In this document: positions 40,453 to 41,161 of the stretch, one piece after another
Layout of the letters: each line of letters opens with the position of its first letter
Position numbering within the stretch: the stretch's first letter is position 1
NCBI GenBank assembly: GCA_024181965.1
Contig: BQXS01010044.1
Location: forward strand, 1 to 41,161
Direction: 5' to 3'
Length of the DNA stretch: 41,161 nucleotides
Source: Aduncisulcus paluster
Lineage: Eukaryota
Position numbers and translations under genes: made by a program
The notes under the pieces: generated by a model
Databases searched by the model: none
Told to the model about the DNA's origin: nothing
Seen by the model: only the letters and a program-made list of their open reading frames with translations

Positions 40453-41161
40453 GAATGCACAGATGCACGAATTATTATTCGGTCTCTACCGCTACCCAGG
40501 TCAGGAAAGAGACAGGTCGAAGGCACAGACCAAGAACCGGCAGCCAAGGAACCGCCTCATCGGGCAATCCACCAAGATGAGGCGAGTGAAGATTGTGACC
40601 ACAATGCCAGACATGGATCAAAGGAAGAAGAAACTTCTGGTGACCCCTTTGATCCCAAAGACAAAGAAGAGGAAGAGGAGGACAACTTCAATACTCCCCG
40701 TTCCAAATCTAGATCACCAGAAATTTTTGATGTTGTTGATGATGAAGGTTTAGCTATTTCACAACCTGGAGGAATGAATGTTCCTCCATTTTCGAACCTT
40801 TCATCTTGCGTAAGGGGCTCATGTATATCCCAAGAGACACAGATTCCTGATTCTGTCAACGAGTCCCCTTCTATGATCCCCCCCAACCCCTCCCAACGCC
40901 CCTCAAGCCCTCAATCTGCTTCCGGTACTGAGAAGCAGGACGATAGTTCAGAAACGAGCTACGCTCAAGACCCTTTTGCCAATATTGTTGACACAGGCTG
41001 TGCTAAAAAGCACCAACCCTATCTTTTGATACCCTTCGCCTTGACAACAATTGGAGCCATTGGAGAGAAAGCTTGGGAGTTTATTGAGCACGTACGGAGG
41101 AATGGAACCGATTTCATGGTACCTGGCCGAACCAGAGAAGAGAGATCACGTAGATGGGCAT
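40453..41161 (+). mobile_element. Open frame running off the window; possible relic of an RLE-type non-LTR retrotransposon
   Basis: 236 stop-free codons (first ATG 40774), absent from the ORF track. Near its end is AKKHQPYLLIPFALTTIGAIGEKAWEFI, which resembles the tail motif of restriction-like endonucleases. No RT is visible. Confidence 0.45.

Noticed and set aside
258-40886. Numerous 60-180 aa ORFs overlapping or antisense to the main genes
   Set aside because: These are shadow frames without motifs, often starting at GTG/TTG or caused by low-complexity repeats.

Overview
Gene-dense, intron-poor eukaryotic (protist) DNA in the standard genetic code, with short AT-rich intergenic spacers. 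A flagellar gene, divergent spliceosome and cyclin genes, poly-Glu insertions and orphan families suggest a free-living fornicate/metamonad flagellate (Carpediemonas-like, e.g. Aduncisulcus). This taxonomic call is inference only. About 11 genes: a CPA1 Na+/H+ exchanger, CFAP119, CWC22, an orphan beta-sandwich protein, CZIB/DUF866, DNAJC7, a ~3,900-aa EGF/REJ-like single-pass surface protein, a three-repeat helical orphan with a predicted GT-AG intron, an SDD3-type M16 peptidase, a CABLES-type cyclin and a Myb protein. An open frame at the right edge carries a motif resembling the non-LTR retrotransposon endonuclease tail. Six 20-N gaps are each flanked by 179-321 bp duplicated contig ends; collapsing them rejoins the split ORFs. 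The most unusual signal is non-coding: most intergenic spacers carry chains of perfect, mutually unrelated palindromes with a single central base. I count 13 with arms of 7 bp or more, against roughly 1 expected by a rough hand estimate.
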